Shown one piece after another: positions 20,369 through 30,723 of a stretch of 64,000 nucleotides of DNA; position 1 is the first letter of the stretch; each line of letters begins with the position of its first letter. A program made the translations under genes and the position numbers. The notes beneath the pieces are model-generated. The model made no database searches. It was not told the DNA's origin and saw nothing but the letters and a program-made list of their open reading frames with translations. Source of the stretch: a virus. The stretch is taken from positions 8,265 through 72,264 of IMG/VR virus record IMGVR_UViG_3300044641_004197. The stretch is one strand, 5' to 3'.

Positions 20369-21104
20369 ATTGAACGAGGACTTTGATAGATGGGTAAAAA
20401 ATTGGTCTAACGATGAAAAAACCAATGATGAAATTTACTATGAATTCCAAAATAAAACAATGGAAAATGATGCATTAAAATTTCATGTAGACTATATTGG
20501 TAAAAACTCTATGGGATTTGGAGAAGTGCCGTTTAGATATATGTGGATGTTGTTAGTAAATCAAATGCCTGATACATTTAAATTTCTAGAAATCGGAGTA
20601 TACAAAGGATCTGTTCTTTCATTGGTTCAATTGTGTTCTAATCAATTAAATAAAACTCCATCAATTTACGGTGTAACTCCACTAAATCAATCAGGAGACA
20701 AATATCTTCCAGCATATGAAAATGCTGATTATTTACATTGTATAGGAACAGTATATAACGCTTTAAATTTAAGTATAAATAACACAACGATAATAAACGG
20801 ACTATCTACAGACCCTACTATAAAATCTATGGTCAAAGAAGAATCTCCATTTGACATGATTTATATTGACGGAAGTCACAATTATGAAGATGTTGTAAGT
20901 GATATTTTGTTCTGTGATCAATTATTAAAACAAAACGGACTACTAGTCATGGACGATGCGTCTTCAGATTTGTCATTAGGAAAGTCTTCATTATTCCGTG
21001 GTCATGCTGATGTTGCATTAGCAATCAAAAATTCACTGGACACTACAAAGTATAAACATTTATTTGCTTGTGGTCACAACAGAGTATGGATGAAAACACA
21101 ATGA
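20355..21104 (+). CDS. Class I SAM-dependent methyltransferase (Methyltransf_24-like)
   Basis: FLEIGVYKG, DMIYIDGSH and LLVMDD. Confidence 0.85.
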   Translation: MEKIKLNEDFDRWVKNWSNDEKTNDEIYYEFQNKTMENDALKFHVDYIGKNSMGFGEVPFRYMWMLLVNQMPDTFKFLEIGVYKGSVLSLVQLCSNQLNKTPSIYGVTPLNQSGDKYLPAYENADYLHCIGTVYNALNLSINNTTIINGLSTDPTIKSMVKEESPFDMIYIDGSHNYEDVVSDILFCDQLLKQNGLLVMDDASSDLSLGKSSLFRGHADVALAIKNSLDTTKYKHLFACGHNRVWMKTQ

Positions 21105-21880
21105 AAATAGCATTATGTTTAACAGGACAATATAGGACATTCGACTCTGACTTAGTTCAGAAAAGTCTCAACCATTTTGTTTTAGATAAATATCCATGTG
21201 ATGTTTATGTCACTACATGGAAATACCGAGGTCTTTCTTTAAATCACGGAAATAAAATTATTTATAAAGACGAATTTGAAGAAATTACACCTGATCATAT
21301 TTTAAACTATATACCAAATGCTATTGTAGATATAGAAGATTATGAAGTCTGGAAATCCAACTTAGACAGTAAATATGTCGATTTATTAAATCAATTATCA
21401 TCGACATTATATTCGGGAATGATTCCACAATTATATAAAAAATGGAAAATTAACAATTTACTCAATAAACAATATGATTGGGTAATTGTTGCTAGACCTG
21501 ATATTGCATATTTTTCTTCTCCAGAAATTTATAGTAGTTGTGATAATATAGTCTGGAATATAAATCCACAGAATAAAATTGGACATTATCCCAATCGTAT
21601 TTATGATATTTTTGTAATGGGTTATCAAGAAAATATTAAAAAATTAAATAGTTGTTATTTAAATATTTTAAATTTATTAGACGATCCATTTCATAGCAAT
21701 CTAGGATCTACAGATTGTTGTAAAATGCTTTACATACATGCAAAAATGTTTAACAATTTGGATGTAAAATCTGTGTCTGACATTATCGGAGATATATATA
21801 GAGGACAATCTCCGATTGATTTTATAAATCATTATAAAAACAACAACGTTAATACGGAGGACTTACAAAATTTATTGTGA
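21101..21880 (+). CDS. Glycosyltransferase-like protein
   Basis: MKIALCLTGQYRTF and YDWVIVARPD; start placed at the ATG overlapping the upstream TGA. Confidence 0.65.
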   Translation: MKIALCLTGQYRTFDSDLVQKSLNHFVLDKYPCDVYVTTWKYRGLSLNHGNKIIYKDEFEEITPDHILNYIPNAIVDIEDYEVWKSNLDSKYVDLLNQLSSTLYSGMIPQLYKKWKINNLLNKQYDWVIVARPDIAYFSSPEIYSSCDNIVWNINPQNKIGHYPNRIYDIFVMGYQENIKKLNSCYLNILNLLDDPFHSNLGSTDCCKMLYIHAKMFNNLDVKSVSDIIGDIYRGQSPIDFINHYKNNNVNTEDLQNLL

Positions 21881-21888
21881 ATATTTAA

Positions 21889-21916
21889 TTGACAAATATC
21901 ACATTTAATGTAAGAT
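21889..21916 (+). promoter_or_regulatory. Sigma70-like promoter at the head of the branched-sugar operon
   Basis: TTGACA-16 nt-TAAGAT. Confidence 0.45.
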
Positions 21917-21938
21917 TACATAAAATAGATTTATTAAT

Positions 21939-23264
21939 ATGCAAGTTACAAAAGATGAAATTTTAAAATTGGTTTCTCAATACATAAACGAAAAACATTC
22001 TAATAAAACATGGACACCAGGAGTTGATTGGGTTCAATATGCAGGACCATTATTTGATGAAAACGAATATATCGCAGCAATAGAATCACTTTTAAAAGGA
22101 TGGTTAGTTTTAGGACAAGATGCTATTACATTTGAAAATAACTTTCCTCTATTATTTGGAAAAGAGTACGGTATTCTTACTAACAGTGGAAGTAGTTCAA
22201 ATCTTATTATGATGTTAGTAATGACATCTAAAAGACTGTATAATCTCCCAAAAGGAACAAAAGTAATTACTCCAATCGCTGGATTTCCTACTACTCTGAA
22301 TCCTATTTTGCAAGTAGGATTTGAACCTGTATTTGTAGACGTTGATCTAGACACTCTCAACTTAAATCTAGATCAAGTCGAAGAAGCAGCTAAAAAAGGA
22401 GCTAAAATAATTACTTTTGCGCACGTTCTTGGCAATCCGCCTAATATGAATAGATTGATGGATATAGTTAAAAAATATAATCTAATCCTATTAGAAGACT
22501 GTTGTGATGCTCTTGGTTCTACTTATGACGGTAGACCATTGGGAAGTTTTGGAGAACTATCAAGTTGTAGCTTTTATCCAGCTCATCATATGACTATGGG
22601 CGAAGGTGGATTTGTTGCTTGTAATACCAAGATTCAAGAAATAATTGCACGTAGTTTTCGTGAATGGGGACGTGGATGTTATTGTGTAGGTAAAAAAGCT
22701 AATCTATTGAAGAATGGAAGTTGTGGAAATAGATTCTCAAACTGGTTACCTGAATTACCAGATGAAATCTTTGATCACAAGTATGTTTATGATGAAATTG
22801 GATATAATTTAAAACCAATTGAACTACAAGCTTCTATTGGACTAGAACAAATGAAGAAACTTCCAGAAATCCATAAAAGAAGGAAAGAGAATCATTTCAA
22901 ACTAAAACAAATATTCGGTAAGTATGAAGAATTCTTTCATCTACCGAATGCAACTGAGTTGTCAGATCCAAGTTGGTTTGCATTTGCGTTAACCATTAAA
23001 GACAACAGTAAATTTAAACGTAAGGATATTGTAGACTTCTTGGAATCAAATAAGATTCAAACTAGACCTTATTTTGCTGGCAATATTATGTTACAGCCAG
23101 CATACACAGGACTTATGGATAAAAATCAAGTTTTAACAAAATACCCAAATGCAAGAAAAATAACAACTGATACTTTCTTTTTAGGAACAAGTCCTGTTAT
23201 AACATTAGATCAGTTAAATTATGTAGAAAACACCATAAATAATTTTTTTAAAAAATATGTATAA
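21939..23264 (+). CDS. rfbH: NDP-4-keto-6-deoxyglucose 3-dehydrase (RfbH/AscC, E1)
   Basis: SGSSSN and EDCCDA; SFYPAHHMTMGEGG has His in place of the aminotransferase Lys; GRGCYC...CGNRF Fe-S cysteines; DHKYVY. Confidence 0.92.
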   Translation: MQVTKDEILKLVSQYINEKHSNKTWTPGVDWVQYAGPLFDENEYIAAIESLLKGWLVLGQDAITFENNFPLLFGKEYGILTNSGSSSNLIMMLVMTSKRLYNLPKGTKVITPIAGFPTTLNPILQVGFEPVFVDVDLDTLNLNLDQVEEAAKKGAKIITFAHVLGNPPNMNRLMDIVKKYNLILLEDCCDALGSTYDGRPLGSFGELSSCSFYPAHHMTMGEGGFVACNTKIQEIIARSFREWGRGCYCVGKKANLLKNGSCGNRFSNWLPELPDEIFDHKYVYDEIGYNLKPIELQASIGLEQMKKLPEIHKRRKENHFKLKQIFGKYEEFFHLPNATELSDPSWFAFALTIKDNSKFKRKDIVDFLESNKIQTRPYFAGNIMLQPAYTGLMDKNQVLTKYPNARKITTDTFFLGTSPVITLDQLNYVENTINNFFKKYV

Positions 23265-23895
23265 ATTAATAAATTCAGTAAACATATACAATTATCCATC
23301 ACATATGAAAAGACCAGATGGATTTTTCGGCTCTAATTTTTTTGAAAAATGGATACCTAATTGGCAATCTCATTTAGGACATCTAAAAGGATTACCAAAC
23401 ATTTATGGAATTGAAATTGGATGTCTAAATGGCGACTGTTCTATATTCTGTGCAGAGGAAATAACAAACGGTGAAGGAAGTATACATCATTGTATAGACA
23501 TAAATAAAAACGAATATTTTACAAATAATATAAGTCCATATAAAAATATTAAATTTACACAAGGAAAATCCTGTGATGTTTTGAGATCCAATATATTTAA
23601 ACCAAAATCAGCAGATTATATATATATTGATGGATCTCATCTTGCAATTGACGTATTAACCGATGCAGTTCTATCGTGGTATCTTCTTAAAGACAATGGG
23701 ATATTAATATTTGATGATTATGGTTGGGGAGTTCATACAAATGATGAAAAACAAAAACCAAAATTGGGAATTGATGCGTTTTTAAATGCTTATACACAAC
23801 ATTATGAAGTGATTCAATTTGGATGGCAAGTATTTTTAAAAAAATTACCTTATACATATTCAGACGAAGAATTAGAAGCAAATTATCAAAAATAA
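23257..23895 (+). CDS. Class I SAM-dependent methyltransferase
   Basis: IEIGCLNG, YIYIDGSH and GILIFDDY. Confidence 0.85.
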   Translation: MYKLINSVNIYNYPSHMKRPDGFFGSNFFEKWIPNWQSHLGHLKGLPNIYGIEIGCLNGDCSIFCAEEITNGEGSIHHCIDINKNEYFTNNISPYKNIKFTQGKSCDVLRSNIFKPKSADYIYIDGSHLAIDVLTDAVLSWYLLKDNGILIFDDYGWGVHTNDEKQKPKLGIDAFLNAYTQHYEVIQFGWQVFLKKLPYTYSDEELEANYQK

Positions 23896-23896
23896 T

Positions 23897-24874
23897 ATGA
23901 AAAAAATTGTATACGTAACAGGATGTTTAGGTTTTATTGGATCATACGTCACCAGAGCTTGTTTAGAACAAGGATGGTATGTTATTGGCGTAGATAAAGG
24001 AACCTATGCGGCTAGATATGAAAATCTAAAAGAATTTGAAAAATATGGACCAAACTGTTTTAAATTTATTAATTCAGACATCAACGATTTAACATCATTG
24101 TTTGACTGCGATTATATAATTAATACAGCAGCAGAAACTCATGTTGATAATTCAATTGTATCAAGTGACGAATTTATTCATTCCAATATCAATGGCGTAA
24201 AACATCTACTAGATCTCATAAGACTTAAGAGTAAGTTTACGATGCCTACATTACTTCATTTTAGCACTGACGAAGTATATGGAGATATTAAAGAAGGATC
24301 TCATACCGAAACCGATTTGTTAAAACCAAGTAATCCATACTCCGCAACAAAAGCTGCTGCTGATATGTTAATAACGGCATGGGGAAGAACCTTTAAAGTT
24401 CCATATATAATTGTAAGACCGACAAATAACTATGGAATAGGACAGTATCCAGAAAAGCTAGTTCCCAAAGTTTGTAAATTCATAAATCTTGGAAAAAAAG
24501 TTCCTCTTCATAATAACGGAACACCAAAACGAGTATGGTTACATGCAAAAGATACCGCAAATGCAGTCATTACTATCATTAAAAATAACGAAAACAATGA
24601 ATGTTTAAATGAAATATATAATATTGGAGGTGACATTGAACTTCCAAATATTGAAATCGTTGAAAAGGTTCATAAGTTATTGATATCACCATCTGTTCAA
24701 TCATCCGATTGGAAAGATGAAATTTGTGATTTTAATTATACAAGAGCAGGTCAAGATGTCAGATATAGTTTGGATGACAACAAATTAAGAAAATTAGGAT
24801 GGAAAAATGAATGTAATCTTGACACCGAACTACAAAGTATAGTAGAATTCTACAAAAATAATTTCATTTGGTAA
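23897..24874 (+). CDS. rmlB: dTDP-glucose 4,6-dehydratase-like SDR
   Basis: TGCLGFIG, AAETHVDNS, STDEVYG, PSNPYSATKA and NNYG..QYPEK. Confidence 0.88.
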   Translation: MKKIVYVTGCLGFIGSYVTRACLEQGWYVIGVDKGTYAARYENLKEFEKYGPNCFKFINSDINDLTSLFDCDYIINTAAETHVDNSIVSSDEFIHSNINGVKHLLDLIRLKSKFTMPTLLHFSTDEVYGDIKEGSHTETDLLKPSNPYSATKAAADMLITAWGRTFKVPYIIVRPTNNYGIGQYPEKLVPKVCKFINLGKKVPLHNNGTPKRVWLHAKDTANAVITIIKNNENNECLNEIYNIGGDIELPNIEIVEKVHKLLISPSVQSSDWKDEICDFNYTRAGQDVRYSLDDNKLRKLGWKNECNLDTELQSIVEFYKNNFIW

Positions 24875-24881
24875 TCGATTT

Positions 24882-26708
24882 ATGAAAATTAAAATAAGCG
24901 ACTTGATCGCTGAATATTTAAAGGAAGCTGGAATTAAAACTGTGTTTGGGATTATTGGTTCAGCCAATTCTTACATTTTCGATTCTATAAATAAACTAGG
25001 ATATACAGAAATTGTCTGTGTTCATCATGAACAATCTGCTGTTATGGCAATGGGTGCTTATTTTAGAACGAGTGGTAAATTATCAGCTGCAATTGTAACC
25101 GCTGGTGCAGGATCTTCAAATGCAATTACAGGAGTATTGAGTAATTGGGCAGATTCTATTCCCGGTATTATTATATCCGGACAAGAACAATCCAAGTTCA
25201 TAGAAAAATATGAAGGGTTGAGAATGTATGGAATTCAAGGATTTAATTCGGCAAAAATGACGAAAGATATCACGAAATATTCTACGATATTAAAATCAGA
25301 TGATGACATACAATCAATTCTTGAATATTCACACTTTGTAACTATAAACCAAAGGCCAGGGCCAGTATGGTTAGATGTTCCATTCGATGTTCAATCAAAA
25401 TTCACATCTGTAAGAAAATGGAATTTAAAGTCCGCACAATTAATTGATTCTGTAGACGCACTCCCAGTTACTATAGATTGGGATATCAATTATGTAGTTG
25501 ATAAATTAAAGACTGCAAAACGACCTTTAATTTGGGCAGGTCATGGCATTAGATTGTCGGAAATGAAAGATAAGTTTAGAGATTTAACAAAATCATTGAA
25601 AGTTCCTACGATTCTTACATGGAGCGGAATTGATTTACTAGAAGACGAACATCCATATTATTTCGGAAGAGCTGGTATAAGTGGAATGCGATATTCGAAC
25701 TTTATAGTTCAAAATTGTGATCTTCTTCTTGTAATTGGAAGTAGATTATCACTATTACAAACAGGTTACGATATAAATCGATTTGCACCAAATGCAAAAA
25801 TTATAGTTGTTGAGAACGACCCCACTGAATTAAAAAAGTTTGATAATAAATACGATAAAGTTCTTCAGATGGATTGTCGTATTTTTATAAATGAATTGCA
25901 AAAACTAACATTCTCTAATGAGTATACCGAGTGGTTAGAATATTGCAATAAAATGAAACAAAAGTTTCCTTTGTTGGAAGAATGTCATAAGGATGGTGGG
26001 GAAAATTATTTAAATTCATATCATTTTATAAATGATCTATGTGATTATATCGATGACGATGCAATTATAGTTACCGACATGGGAACTGGATTGCTGAGCG
26101 GACATTATTCTATGAGATTAAAACCTAATCAAATAATGTTTACATCACTTGGATTAGGAGAGATGGGATATGGACTTCCAGGTGCAATAGGTGCAGCAAA
26201 AGCATATCCAGGCAGACAAATTATTTGTTTGAATTGTGACGGTGGCATGATGATGAATCTGCAAGAATTACAAACAATTATTCATCATAAAATGAATATA
26301 AAAATTGTAGTATTTAATAACGATGGATATCTAATGATTAAACATACACAAAATATGTTATTCAAAGGACACAAAACATCTGTAGATTCTAATACCGGCC
26401 TTAGTTTGCCTGATTATATAAAAGTCGGAAATTCATTCGGATTTGGATCATGGTCACTTAATAATTGGTCTAACTTCGAAAATACAATAAAAGAATGGTT
26501 GAGTTCAAATAATCCTACGTTGTTAGAGGTATATATGGACCCAAATCAGGAATTTTTACCTAAAGTAAAGGGAATTGCAAATGAAGACGGAACTATTACC
26601 CCAGCATCTTTAGAAGAAATGTCTCCTATACTACCATATAAAGATATCGAAGATGCGATGATTGCAGGTGTAAGTGAAAATTCTAAAAAAATTCGTAGAC
26701 CAAATTAA
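24882..26708 (+). CDS. ThDP-dependent carboligase (acetolactate synthase-like, YerE-type)
   Basis: HHEQSA, RPGPVWLDVP and GEMGYGLPGAIG; CDGG...NNDGY ThDP-binding motif; sugar-locus context. Confidence 0.88.
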   Translation: MKIKISDLIAEYLKEAGIKTVFGIIGSANSYIFDSINKLGYTEIVCVHHEQSAVMAMGAYFRTSGKLSAAIVTAGAGSSNAITGVLSNWADSIPGIIISGQEQSKFIEKYEGLRMYGIQGFNSAKMTKDITKYSTILKSDDDIQSILEYSHFVTINQRPGPVWLDVPFDVQSKFTSVRKWNLKSAQLIDSVDALPVTIDWDINYVVDKLKTAKRPLIWAGHGIRLSEMKDKFRDLTKSLKVPTILTWSGIDLLEDEHPYYFGRAGISGMRYSNFIVQNCDLLLVIGSRLSLLQTGYDINRFAPNAKIIVVENDPTELKKFDNKYDKVLQMDCRIFINELQKLTFSNEYTEWLEYCNKMKQKFPLLEECHKDGGENYLNSYHFINDLCDYIDDDAIIVTDMGTGLLSGHYSMRLKPNQIMFTSLGLGEMGYGLPGAIGAAKAYPGRQIICLNCDGGMMMNLQELQTIIHHKMNIKIVVFNNDGYLMIKHTQNMLFKGHKTSVDSNTGLSLPDYIKVGNSFGFGSWSLNNWSNFENTIKEWLSSNNPTLLEVYMDPNQEFLPKVKGIANEDGTITPASLEEMSPILPYKDIEDAMIAGVSENSKKIRRPN

Positions 26709-27566
26709 ATGAATAAAATTAGAGTCGGAATAATAGGAACAGGAAACATCGGAACAGACCTTTTGATGAAGTCTTTAAAATCAAAAGATTTAGAAATAGT
26801 TGCGTTTGTTGGTAGACGTGCAGATTCTGAAGGAATTTTGAAAGCACAATCTCTCAATGTAAATACATCTACAGAAGGGTTGGATTATTTTATTAAAAAT
26901 AATAACGTCGATGTAGTATTTGACTGCACAGATGCATTCACTGCTCTTAAAAATTGGAATTTCTTTAAAAATTCTAATATTAAAGTAATTGATATGACTC
27001 CATCAAAAATAGGAGAAATGTGTATTCCGATCATTAACGGCGATACAATAAAACAAAATTCAAACGTTAATATGGTAACGTGCGGTGGTCAATCTTCTAT
27101 TCCTTTATTAAATTTAATATCAAATTGTTGTTCTGATATAGAATATATAGAAATCGTATCTCAGATTGCGTCAAAGAGTGCTGGTATAGCAACAAGACTA
27201 AACATAGATCAATATATTCACACCACAGAAGATGCTATATATAAATTTACAAACTGTAAGAAATGTAAAGTAATTCTCAACTTAAATCCAGCAGAACCCT
27301 GCGTTGATATGCAAACAACAATGTTTGTAAAATCAAACGATATAAACTTTGACAAACTTCAATCAGAGTTAAATAATAGATTAAAAATGGTTCGTGAATA
27401 TGTTCCACATTATGAATTAGTGATGATGCCAGTAATTAATGAAGATGGTATTTTAATACTAAGCATAAAAGTTAGAGGAACCGGTGATTATCTTCCTAGT
27501 TATGCGGGAAATCTAGATATCATAAATTGTGCAGCAGTAAATGTAGCGGAAAGATTAAAGAAATGA
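26709..27566 (+). CDS. mhpF: Acetaldehyde dehydrogenase (acylating), DmpF/MhpF family
   Basis: IGTGNIGTDL, NMVTCGGQ catalytic Cys, LNPAEP and GDYLPSYAGNLDII. Confidence 0.93.
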   Translation: MNKIRVGIIGTGNIGTDLLMKSLKSKDLEIVAFVGRRADSEGILKAQSLNVNTSTEGLDYFIKNNNVDVVFDCTDAFTALKNWNFFKNSNIKVIDMTPSKIGEMCIPIINGDTIKQNSNVNMVTCGGQSSIPLLNLISNCCSDIEYIEIVSQIASKSAGIATRLNIDQYIHTTEDAIYKFTNCKKCKVILNLNPAEPCVDMQTTMFVKSNDINFDKLQSELNNRLKMVREYVPHYELVMMPVINEDGILILSIKVRGTGDYLPSYAGNLDIINCAAVNVAERLKK

Positions 27567-28609
27567 AAAATGTAATAATTAACGATCCTTCTTTAAGAGA
27601 CGGAAACCATTGTGTAAAACACAAAATAAATTTAAAAAGTATTGAGAATTATTGTAAATTTGCAGAATCTGCACATATTCCTGTCGTTGAAGTCGGCCAT
27701 GGAAATGGTTTAGGTGCATCTTCACTCTTAATAGGTCAATCTCCTCATACGGATGAAGAAATGTTAACAGTAGCAAGAAATAATTTAAAATTGTCAAAAC
27801 TCAGCGTTCATGTAATTCCAGGAATGGCAACTATAAAACGTGATATTCAACCCGCAATTGATATTGGCGTAGATGTATTTCGTATTGCAAGTCATGTAAC
27901 AGAAGCAAACGTTACACAGAAACATATAGAATATGTAAGGAACAAAGGAAAAAATGCATATGGAGTTTTAATGATGTCAGCATTAGCGGATACAAAAACT
28001 CTAGTAAACGAAGCAAAAAAGATGGAAGAGTATGGTGCAGATACATTCCTCATTATGGATTCAACCGGAACATATCTACCAAAAGACGTTGAAGAAAGAA
28101 TTAAAGCATTAAAAGATAATTTATCAATCAAGATCGGTTTCCACGGACATAATAATCTAGGATTAGCTATAGCAAATTCTTTGGTTGCAGTCCAAAATGG
28201 TGCCGACATAATAGACGCATGTATTCGTGGATTTGGTGCTGGTGCAGGAAACGCTCAATTAGAAGCATTGATTCCAGTTCTTGAACAATATGGATACAAT
28301 ACGAATATAGATTTTCAAAAAGTTATTTTAGAATCAGATAACGTAATGCAGTATATGGTAGAAAACGTGCCAACAACTGCACCCATAAACATATTAACAG
28401 GCTTGAACAAATTGTTCTCTGGTTTTGAAAAACCAATAATTAAAGCATCAAAGTTGTATGGATTGCAATATTCATCATTAATATTTGAATTAGGAAATCG
28501 AAAACTTGTGGCGGGACAAGAAGATCTAATCTTAGAAATAGCTCAAAATATTAAAAAGAAACCATCCAATACGTCTGATGAGGGGTGGGAACGTATTTCA
28601 TGTCCATAG
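27563..28609 (+). CDS. mhpE: 4-hydroxy-2-oxovalerate aldolase, DmpG/MhpE family
   Basis: DPSLRDGNH, EVGHGNGLG, GFHGHNNLG, GAGAGNAQLE and LVAGQED; start at the ATGA overlap. Confidence 0.93.
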   Translation: MKNVIINDPSLRDGNHCVKHKINLKSIENYCKFAESAHIPVVEVGHGNGLGASSLLIGQSPHTDEEMLTVARNNLKLSKLSVHVIPGMATIKRDIQPAIDIGVDVFRIASHVTEANVTQKHIEYVRNKGKNAYGVLMMSALADTKTLVNEAKKMEEYGADTFLIMDSTGTYLPKDVEERIKALKDNLSIKIGFHGHNNLGLAIANSLVAVQNGADIIDACIRGFGAGAGNAQLEALIPVLEQYGYNTNIDFQKVILESDNVMQYMVENVPTTAPINILTGLNKLFSGFEKPIIKASKLYGLQYSSLIFELGNRKLVAGQEDLILEIAQNIKKKPSNTSDEGWERISCP

Positions 28610-28612
28610 TTT

Positions 28613-29452
28613 ATGAAAATATTAATAACAGGAGGTAATGGGTATATTTCAAAAAGTATATCTGAAAAACTTCGAAATATAGGCCACATTGTAATTTCTC
28701 CGTCAAGACAAGAAATGAACGTTACAAATTTTAGTGACGTTAATCTTTTTATTGAAAAACACACACCAGATGTAGTAATTCACGCAGCATCAAAAGGAGG
28801 ATATCGTGATGTTCCAGATACACACGAAGTCTTTTTAGAAAATACAATGATGTTTGAGACTTTAATTAAAGCAATACCATCAAATATCCCTATTATCTTT
28901 TATACATCAGGAGCAGACTTTGATAGACGAAACGAAATAAAAGAAATTATAGAATCTGACGTTGTAAATCGATGGCCAGTAGACCCTTACGGATTGTCAA
29001 AAAACTTGATAGTAAGAAGAATTTTGCAGGGCAATCATAAAAATATAAGTATTTTAAGAATATTTGCAGCGTTCAACGAAGATGAAAAAAACACACGATT
29101 TATTAAAAAATCCATCTTAAATATAAAAGAGGGATTGCCTATTACTATACATCAAAATCGAGAAATTGATTTTTTCTATATTGACGATTTGGTCACTGTT
29201 ACAGATTATTTATTAAATAAATTGCTTAATAATCAATTTCATATTAATATATCATATATCAACAAAACAACTTTATTAGATGTTTCTAAAATTATCTGCA
29301 AATACACAAGTCATTTAAATCCTAAAATAACAATTTTAAATGAAGAAGAAGGTGTTTCATATTCTGGATATGGTCAGAAATTGAATAGTTTTTCTTTGCC
29401 ATTAATAGGATTAGAAGAAGGTATATCTAGAACCGTTAAGAAATTAATATGA
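28613..29452 (+). CDS. NAD(P)-dependent epimerase/reductase (extended SDR)
   Basis: ITGGNGYI and YGLSK. Confidence 0.85.
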   Translation: MKILITGGNGYISKSISEKLRNIGHIVISPSRQEMNVTNFSDVNLFIEKHTPDVVIHAASKGGYRDVPDTHEVFLENTMMFETLIKAIPSNIPIIFYTSGADFDRRNEIKEIIESDVVNRWPVDPYGLSKNLIVRRILQGNHKNISILRIFAAFNEDEKNTRFIKKSILNIKEGLPITIHQNREIDFFYIDDLVTVTDYLLNKLLNNQFHINISYINKTTLLDVSKIICKYTSHLNPKITILNEEEGVSYSGYGQKLNSFSLPLIGLEEGISRTVKKLI

Positions 29453-30723
29453 TTACATTTTGTATAAATACATGTAAAAATGAAAGACACCACCTTGAAT
29501 TATTGTTCAAGTCACTTGCGACCAATCTTTCAAGAAAAGATTATAACATTATTGTATTCGTTGACAGTGATAATCAAAATACAACAGACTGGTTAGTTTC
29601 ACAAAAAAATATATTTAAGAACTTAAAGATCGTAAAAAATCCAAACGCAATTCCAGTAGGATATCAACGAAATATTAATCTGATGTTTGAAATGGCAGAC
29701 ACTGATATTGTTTCGTATATTCAATCGGACATGGTGATCTGTAAAGACTATGATTTAGAAATCATTAAAAATATAGACGATAACACAGTGATATCTAGCA
29801 CCAGAATAGAACCACCTCTACACCCACCTTCTTCAGAAAAAATTACCTTTGATTTTGGATTAGATCCTCAAAATTTTAACTTTGACGAATTTCAAAAATT
29901 TTCCCAACAACAAAAACAAAACAAATTAACAGATTATTGGTTCGCTCCATTTACGCTTTATAGAAAAAAATGGATAGAAATCGGCGGACACGATACTCTG
30001 TTCAGACGTTCAAGAGAAGATTCCGATATCTTGTATAGAATGTGTTTAAATGGAATGAAGTTTAAACAAGATTGGAATGCAATTGTATATCATTTTACAT
30101 GCACATCGTCTAGAGGTAAAGAATGGTGGAAACAAGAAAACCAAGAAAAAACAAAATTACAAAGTATAGCAGATCAAATTGAAATGACTAGATTTTTGAG
30201 AAAGTGGGGCAAATTTAAACACAATACTCAAAAAGACGGAGATGAGTATAAATATAATATTTCAATTAATTTTAATAATGTAAAAAATAATGAACGGTTT
30301 ATATTAGAAAATTATTTTCTGTTTAACAAAATCGGTGTAGATAATCAATCATCATATGAAAGTTTGAAACGAGAGTATAATACGTTCCATGACTATGCAA
30401 ATAGATTGTTGAACGTTTCAGATGAAACATGGAAAAACTTAAAATCTTCATATAGAACATTTGATTTTGAAGACATATTCAGTAACAACATTGTAGATGA
30501 CGATATTGTTATCTCATTAAATTTAAATAAAGCAAATAACAATACAATCAATCATCTAAGACAACTCCAAGACATTGTAAAAAATTCATTAAATGAAACT
30601 GACACCGGAGAATTTATTCTGGACGATTCTATATATATAAAAGTAAATAAAGTCGTAAATAGAATATCAGAAAACATTGTTGTAAACAATCCTCCATTCA
30701 CATTACCATTAGAATATCTATGA
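29449..30723 (+). CDS. GT2 glycosyltransferase
   Basis: ITFCINT, YIQSDM, IGGHD, REDSD and VYHF. Confidence 0.82.
   Translation: MITFCINTCKNERHHLELLFKSLATNLSRKDYNIIVFVDSDNQNTTDWLVSQKNIFKNLKIVKNPNAIPVGYQRNINLMFEMADTDIVSYIQSDMVICKDYDLEIIKNIDDNTVISSTRIEPPLHPPSSEKITFDFGLDPQNFNFDEFQKFSQQQKQNKLTDYWFAPFTLYRKKWIEIGGHDTLFRRSREDSDILYRMCLNGMKFKQDWNAIVYHFTCTSSRGKEWWKQENQEKTKLQSIADQIEMTRFLRKWGKFKHNTQKDGDEYKYNISINFNNVKNNERFILENYFLFNKIGVDNQSSYESLKREYNTFHDYANRLLNVSDETWKNLKSSYRTFDFEDIFSNNIVDDDIVISLNLNKANNNTINHLRQLQDIVKNSLNETDTGEFILDDSIYIKVNKVVNRISENIVVNNPPFTLPLEYL

Noticed and set aside
24882-26708. Acetolactate synthase for branched-chain amino acid synthesis
   Set aside because: No regulatory subunit or ilvC/ilvD; the context favours a YerE-like sugar carboligase
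26709-28609. Aromatic degradation (meta-cleavage) auxiliary metabolic genes
   Set aside because: No dioxygenase, hydrolase or hydratase is nearby and the genes are coupled within an NDP-sugar operon
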